NCBI GenBank assembly: GCA_028698185.1
Contig: JAQVDW010000046.1
Span: forward strand, 1-9,209
Length of the DNA: 9,209 bases
Reading direction: 5' to 3'
Origin: Erysipelotrichaceae bacterium
Lineage (GTDB): Bacteria; Bacillota_I; Bacilli_A; Erysipelotrichales; Coprobacillaceae
The position numbers and the translations under genes are program-made. Below, piece after piece: positions 5,708 to 9,209 of the stretch (positions within the stretch are counted from its first letter, which is position 1; each line of letters opens with the position of its first letter). A model generated the notes under the pieces. That model saw only the letters and a program-made list of their open reading frames with translations. It was not told the origin of the DNA and searched no databases.

Positions 5708-6811
5708 ATGTTATCAGATTCGAAATTCGGTTTTGGATTGATGCGCCTGCCTAAGGACGCAGAAAATAATATTGACATCGACCAGGTAAAGGCCATGGTT
5801 GATGGATTCATGGCCAGCGGTTTCAACTATTTCGATACCGCCTATGTATACAACGGGTCGGAAGAGGCGATGAAGGCGGCGCTGGTCGATCGCTATCCCC
5901 GTGAGAGCTACACCATCGCCAACAAGATCCACAAAATGGCTTTAAAAACCAAGGAGCAGGTGGCTGAAGTTTTCAACGAGTCACTTAGACGCTGTGGCGT
6001 CGACTATTTCGACTTCTACCTGATCCATGCCATCAACCGGAAGCTGTATGGCGAATATCAGGAATTTGGCTGTTTCGAGTATTGCCAGGAGCAAAAAGAG
6101 GCCGGGAAGATCCGCTATCTTGGCTTCTCGTTCCATGACGATGCCGACTTGCTCGACCAGGTTCTTACCGAACATCCCGAGATCGACTTCGTCCAGCTCC
6201 AGCTCAACTATCTCGATTGGGACAGCGGGGTCATCCAGGCTCGCAATAACTACGAAGTGGCCCGGCGACACAACAAGCCGATCGTGGTCATGGAGCCCAT
6301 CAAGGGCGGCAACCTGGCGGTACTGCCCGACCATATCGAAAAAATCTTCAAGGACTATAATCCTGATGCCTCAATGGCTTCCTGGGCATTGCGTTATGTC
6401 GGATCGCTCGAAGGGGTGATGACCATCCTTTCGGGAATGTCGACGCCGGGGCAAATGGCCGACAATCTGGCAACGATGAAGGATTTCCAGCCGATAAACA
6501 GCCAGGAGGCAAGCCTGATTGCCAAGATCACCAAGGAATATCTGGCATTGAAGACAATCGACTGCACTGCCTGTCGCTATTGTGTCGCCGGCTGTCCTAA
6601 GAACATCCTGATTCCCGACCTGTTTGCCGCCTATAACGACCAGATGGCCTATGGCAAGACAAGCCGGCCTAAGACATTCTACCTCGAGCATACCGGCGAG
6701 GGCCATGGCCTGGCGAGTGAATGCATCGCCTGTGGCAAGTGCGAACATGTCTGCCCGCAACACCTGCCAATCATCGACTTGCTCAAAAAGGTCGCTGCCA
6801 CATTCGAATAG
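5708..6811 (+). CDS. Aldo/keto reductase fused to a C-terminal dicluster 4Fe-4S ferredoxin-like domain (COG1453-type), AKR-B
   Basis: SD AAAGGAG lies 7 nt before ATG 5708. AKR tetrad candidates: YFDTAYVY (D, Y), IANK (K), YLIHA (H). Two canonical CxxCxxCxxxCP motifs, CTACRYCVAGCP and CIACGKCEHVCP (nt 6563-6757). It sits 72 nt after larC with no intervening terminator. Stop is TAG 6809-6811. Confidence 0.9.
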   Translation: MLSDSKFGFGLMRLPKDAENNIDIDQVKAMVDGFMASGFNYFDTAYVYNGSEEAMKAALVDRYPRESYTIANKIHKMALKTKEQVAEVFNESLRRCGVDYFDFYLIHAINRKLYGEYQEFGCFEYCQEQKEAGKIRYLGFSFHDDADLLDQVLTEHPEIDFVQLQLNYLDWDSGVIQARNNYEVARRHNKPIVVMEPIKGGNLAVLPDHIEKIFKDYNPDASMASWALRYVGSLEGVMTILSGMSTPGQMADNLATMKDFQPINSQEASLIAKITKEYLALKTIDCTACRYCVAGCPKNILIPDLFAAYNDQMAYGKTSRPKTFYLEHTGEGHGLASECIACGKCEHVCPQHLPIIDLLKKVAATFE

Positions 6812-6813
6812 CT

Positions 6814-6837
6814 AAGACGCCCAGGCGTCTTTTTTTT
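6814..6837 (+). terminator. Rho-independent terminator ending the larEBC/AKR-B transcription unit
   Basis: GC-rich hairpin aagacgc-ccag-gcgtctt (6814-6831), starting 3 nt after the stop and running into a T8 tract (6830-6837). Confidence 0.85.
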
Positions 6838-6842
6838 AATGT

Positions 6843-6871
6843 TTGATTTGAAGCGCTTACATTGTTATAAT
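6843..6871 (+). promoter_or_regulatory. Sigma-A-type promoter of ppk2 (TTGATT-N17-TGtTATAAT)
   Basis: -35 TTGATT at 6843-6848, 17-nt spacer, extended TG at 6863-6864, consensus -10 TATAAT at 6866-6871. It lies directly after the upstream terminator. Confidence 0.55.
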
Positions 6872-6916
6872 TGAGATATGGAAGGTTGCAAGACAAAAAA
6901 TGAAAGGGTGGGGAAG

Positions 6917-7780
6917 ATGAATCTTGATGATTACCGTTATCCCAAAGCAGGGAAAGTGAATCTGCGCGAAATTTCCACCGAACCGGAAACCGAATGTGAC
7001 AAGGAAGAATGCATGAGACGGCTCGAAAGCAACATCCTGGAAATCGTGGAATACCAGGAAAAACTGTATGCGGCAAAAAGGGAGGGGCTGATCATCGTCC
7101 TGCAGGCGATGGATGCCGGGGGCAAGGACAGCACAATCAAGAAGGTAACTTCCGGTATCAATCCAGCGGGGATCGATATCGCCGATTTCAAGAAACCAAA
7201 CTCCGGTGACCTCGAACATGACTTTTTGTGGCGGGTGAACAAGATGACGCCCGTAAGAGGCAAAATTGCCATCTACAACCGCTCATATTACGAGGATGTC
7301 CTCGCGGTGCAGGTCCACAATCTCCATCTAGGATTCAAGATGATGCCCCGCGTGATCGCCAATCCCGAATTCTTTGAGCGCCGCCAAAGGGATATCATCC
7401 ATTTCGAACAGTATCTGTTCGACGAAAGCTACCGGATTGTCAAGATTTTTCTCCATATCTCCAAGGATGAACAAAAACGCCGCTTCTACGAAAGGCTTGA
7501 GGATCCTGACAAGAACTGGAAATTCGATCCCGGCGATCTGGTCGACCGTGAAAATTGGGACAAGTATCAGGACATTTATGAGGACATCATCACCAATACG
7601 GCCACCAAGAACGCCCCCTGGTACGTCATTCCCGCTGACAAGAAATGGTATTCGCGTTTTGTCGTATCCCAGATCATCCTGGACACTTTGAAAATGATGG
7701 ATCCTCAGTATCCGATCCTCGACGAGGAAGAGCTGGAGAAGTTCACCATGTACAAGCGGCTCCTTGACAATGAGAAATAG
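6917..7780 (+). CDS. ppk2: Polyphosphate kinase 2 family protein (polyphosphate:nucleotide phosphotransferase), single-domain
   Basis: Motifs: LIIVLQAMDAGGKDSTIKKV (Walker A-like), NP.G....FK.P...E..HDFLWR, G.IAIYNRSYYEDVL, ...ISK.EQ..RF..R...P.K.WKF...D...R..W..Y...YE......T....APWYVIPAD.KW. I chose ATG 6917 (purine-rich GGGTGGGGAAG just upstream) because the ORF-track start 6878 sits about 7 nt from the predicted -10. Stop is TAG 7778-7780. Confidence 0.88.
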   Translation: MNLDDYRYPKAGKVNLREISTEPETECDKEECMRRLESNILEIVEYQEKLYAAKREGLIIVLQAMDAGGKDSTIKKVTSGINPAGIDIADFKKPNSGDLEHDFLWRVNKMTPVRGKIAIYNRSYYEDVLAVQVHNLHLGFKMMPRVIANPEFFERRQRDIIHFEQYLFDESYRIVKIFLHISKDEQKRRFYERLEDPDKNWKFDPGDLVDRENWDKYQDIYEDIITNTATKNAPWYVIPADKKWYSRFVVSQIILDTLKMMDPQYPILDEEELEKFTMYKRLLDNEK

Positions 7781-7818
7781 GCTGTGACCTTCAAATAAAA
7801 GCAAAAGAGGAATTGAAG

Positions 7819-8442
7819 ATGAGAAAGTTGAAAAAATTATTAATCCTGGTTCTGATTGCCGGGCTGACTTTTGGCTGTGGCGCCAGCGCGAAACCTGATG
7901 ACGTGGTCAAGGATTTCTTTGAAGCGGCGAAGACATTCGATATGGAAGGGATGGTCGCGACCATCGTGCCGGAAAATTCGGCGGCGGCGGCCTATACCAA
8001 GGAAATCTTCTCCGATGAGGAATTCGAAGACTATCCTGAGGAGTTTTTGGCCTATCTTGAAGAAAACGCCGGCAAGATCAACTATGAGATAACCTCGAGT
8101 GAAGTTGACGGCGACATGGCTACAGTCACCGTCGATGTCAGCTATATCGACAGCTATGTGCTGCTTGAAGATGTTTTTAGCGAATACATGACTCAGGCGT
8201 TTACCATGGCTTTTAGCACCCAGGATGTCTTAGACGAAGATTACGACAAGCTCTTGAGCGACATCTTCCTTGACAAGATGACCAATGGCGAAGACACTTT
8301 CAAGGATGCGACTTTGGAAATCCCTTGCGAAAAAATCGACGGCAAGTGGTACATCAAGGATGTCAGCGAGGAAATGATGGATGTGTTCCTGTCAGGTTTC
8401 ATTGCGGCGGCGGCGACATTCGAGTCACAGTTCAACCAATAG
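7819..8442 (+). CDS. Putative secreted lipoprotein, DUF4878/NTF2-like fold suspected
   Basis: SD AGAGGA (7806-7811) lies 7 nt before ATG 7819; the ORF track starts at TTG 7813. N-terminus MRKLKKLLILVLIAGLTFGC has a basic n-region, a hydrophobic core and a lipobox-like TFGC, followed by GASAKPDD. The acidic mature domain with DVVKDFFEA... and ...KIDGKWYI resembles DUF4878-type lipoproteins. The family call is tentative. Confidence 0.7.
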   Translation: MRKLKKLLILVLIAGLTFGCGASAKPDDVVKDFFEAAKTFDMEGMVATIVPENSAAAAYTKEIFSDEEFEDYPEEFLAYLEENAGKINYEITSSEVDGDMATVTVDVSYIDSYVLLEDVFSEYMTQAFTMAFSTQDVLDEDYDKLLSDIFLDKMTNGEDTFKDATLEIPCEKIDGKWYIKDVSEEMMDVFLSGFIAAAATFESQFNQ

Positions 8443-8461
8443 GGCTTAGTCCCTATTTTTT
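8439..8461 (+). terminator. Probable rho-independent terminator after the lipoprotein gene
   Basis: A 6-bp stem (ataggg 8439-8444 pairing with ccctat 8451-8456) overlaps the stop codon and is followed by a T-tract to 8461. The stem is short and only half GC. Confidence 0.5.
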
Positions 8462-8531
8462 AATTTGAGCATATCGGTGGCGCTAACTTGGAATTTTCGT
8501 ATAATTAAGTTAAAGAAACGGAGGGATTGCA

Positions 8532-9044
8532 ATGACTAAAACATTAATTGCCTATTTTTCAAGAACCGGGGAAAATTTTGTCCAGGGAACCATCAAGGGA
8601 CTGGAAGTGGGGAACACCGAGATTGTCGCCAGAAAGATCCAGGAATTCACCGGTGGCGATTTGTTCAAGATTGATCCCGTTGTCCCGTATGATGACGATT
8701 ATGATATCTGCTCCAACCAGGCCCGGCAGGATTTCCAGAACCAGGCCCGACCCGAATTCAAGAATCCCCCGGCCACCCTCAAGGAATACGATACAATCTA
8801 TCTGCTTTTCCCAAATTACTGGAACACGATGCCGATGCATGTCTGGACGTTTTTGGAAAGATACGATTTTTCAAACAAGACCATCAAGCCGCTGGTGACC
8901 CATATGGGCAGCCGCTTTGGAACCGCGGAGATCGACATCGCCAACGTTTGCAAAGGAGCCCGGGTGCTCAAAGGCCTCGCTGTCCTAGGCGATCTGGCCA
9001 ACGATTCCGATGCCAAGATCAAAAGCTGGGTCGAACTCAATTGA
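8532..9044 (+). CDS. Flavodoxin-family protein (Flavodoxin_4-like)
   Basis: SD GGAGGG (8521-8526) lies 5 nt before the ATG. KTLIAYFSRTGENF...GNTE..A..I...TGGDLF.I.P...Y..DY....D.....ARP........EYDTIYL.FPNYW...PM.V.TFLE.YDFS.KTI.P..TH.GS is the typical pattern of this FMN-binding family. Stop is TGA 9042-9044. Confidence 0.87.
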   Translation: MTKTLIAYFSRTGENFVQGTIKGLEVGNTEIVARKIQEFTGGDLFKIDPVVPYDDDYDICSNQARQDFQNQARPEFKNPPATLKEYDTIYLLFPNYWNTMPMHVWTFLERYDFSNKTIKPLVTHMGSRFGTAEIDIANVCKGARVLKGLAVLGDLANDSDAKIKSWVELN

Positions 9045-9067
9045 GTGGAGTTTTCTCCACTTTTTTT
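9044..9067 (+). terminator. Rho-independent terminator of the flavodoxin gene
   Basis: Hairpin agtggag-tttt-ctccact (9044-9061) begins in the stop codon and is followed by a T7 tract (9061-9067). Confidence 0.8.
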
Positions 9068-9072
9068 ACGGG

Positions 9073-9099
9073 AAAAAAATTTGGCTATGTTAGCCCAAA
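9073..9099 (-). terminator. Probable minus-strand rho-independent terminator for a convergent gene
   Basis: Read on the minus strand: tttgggcta-aca-tagccaaa (about 8 bp with one bulged G) followed by T7, which is the A7 at 9073-9079 on the + strand. It sits immediately downstream of the minus-strand stop at 9101-9103. Confidence 0.5.
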
Positions 9100-9100
9100 G

Positions 9101-9208
9101 CTATGCTTTCGTAGATAAAGCCTGTTCCAATATAATTTTCTCTCCTAAAATCACAATGGCATTGATAAATATCCACAAAATAATCATGGACGTCTCTGGC
9201 TCTTGTTT
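9101..9208 (-). CDS. 3' end of an unidentified convergent gene, possibly a membrane protein (5' end outside the window)
   Basis: The minus-strand frame ...KQEPETSMIILWIFINAIVILGEKIILEQALSTKA ends at TAG (complement of 9101-9103), directly before the minus-strand terminator. A second minus-strand frame is also open, ending at 9090-9092 inside the hairpin, so the frame and product are uncertain. The region is visibly more AT-rich than the rest of the window. Confidence 0.3.
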   Translation of the reverse strand, partial: KQEPETSMIILWIFINAIVILGEKIILEQALSTKA

Positions 9209-9209
9209 C

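Noticed and set aside
6917-7780. PPK2 as a functional partner of the lar genes, regenerating ATP and CTP consumed by LarE and LarC.
   Set aside because: A strong terminator (6814-6837) and its own near-consensus promoter (6843-6871) separate it from the cluster. Adjacency alone is not evidence, and PPK2 genes are widespread housekeeping-type genes.
1-9209. A mobile element, genomic island or defence system in the window.
   Set aside because: No transposase, integrase or recombinase-like ORF, no terminal inverted repeats or flanking direct repeats, and no tRNA target were seen. Every sizeable ORF has an ordinary metabolic assignment. Only the last roughly 140 bp look compositionally different, and that is explained by a convergent gene end.

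Overview
The window looks chromosomal and Bacillota-like: strong AGGAGG-type Shine-Dalgarno sites, TGn-extended -10 promoters and hairpin plus T-tract terminators. All confidently called genes are on the + strand. In order they are: the 3' end of leuS; a YgiD-type class III extradiol (4,5-DOPA) dioxygenase; an aldo/keto reductase fused to a 2x[4Fe-4S] ferredoxin domain (AKR-A); a 381-nt non-coding gap holding a decayed DUF3842-like gene fragment; a translationally coupled larE-larB-larC cluster for nickel-pincer nucleotide (NPN) cofactor biosynthesis; a second, divergent AKR-ferredoxin fusion (AKR-B) with no terminator between it and larC; a strong terminator; then ppk2, a lipoprotein-like gene and a flavodoxin-family gene. 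A probable convergent minus-strand gene tail sits at the 3' edge. I saw no rRNA, tRNA, CRISPR array, transposase or integrase. The main points of interest are: (1) a lar cofactor cluster with no LarA-type user enzyme in the window, with Fe-S AKR fusions on both sides; (2) a 5 x 36-bp near-perfect in-frame tandem repeat that expands the His-rich Ni-binding tract of LarC to 35 His in 69 residues; (3) a LarE carrying the three-Cys signature of the [4Fe-4S]-dependent, non-sacrificial subclass. All family assignments come from motif recognition by eye and need HMM or BLAST confirmation.
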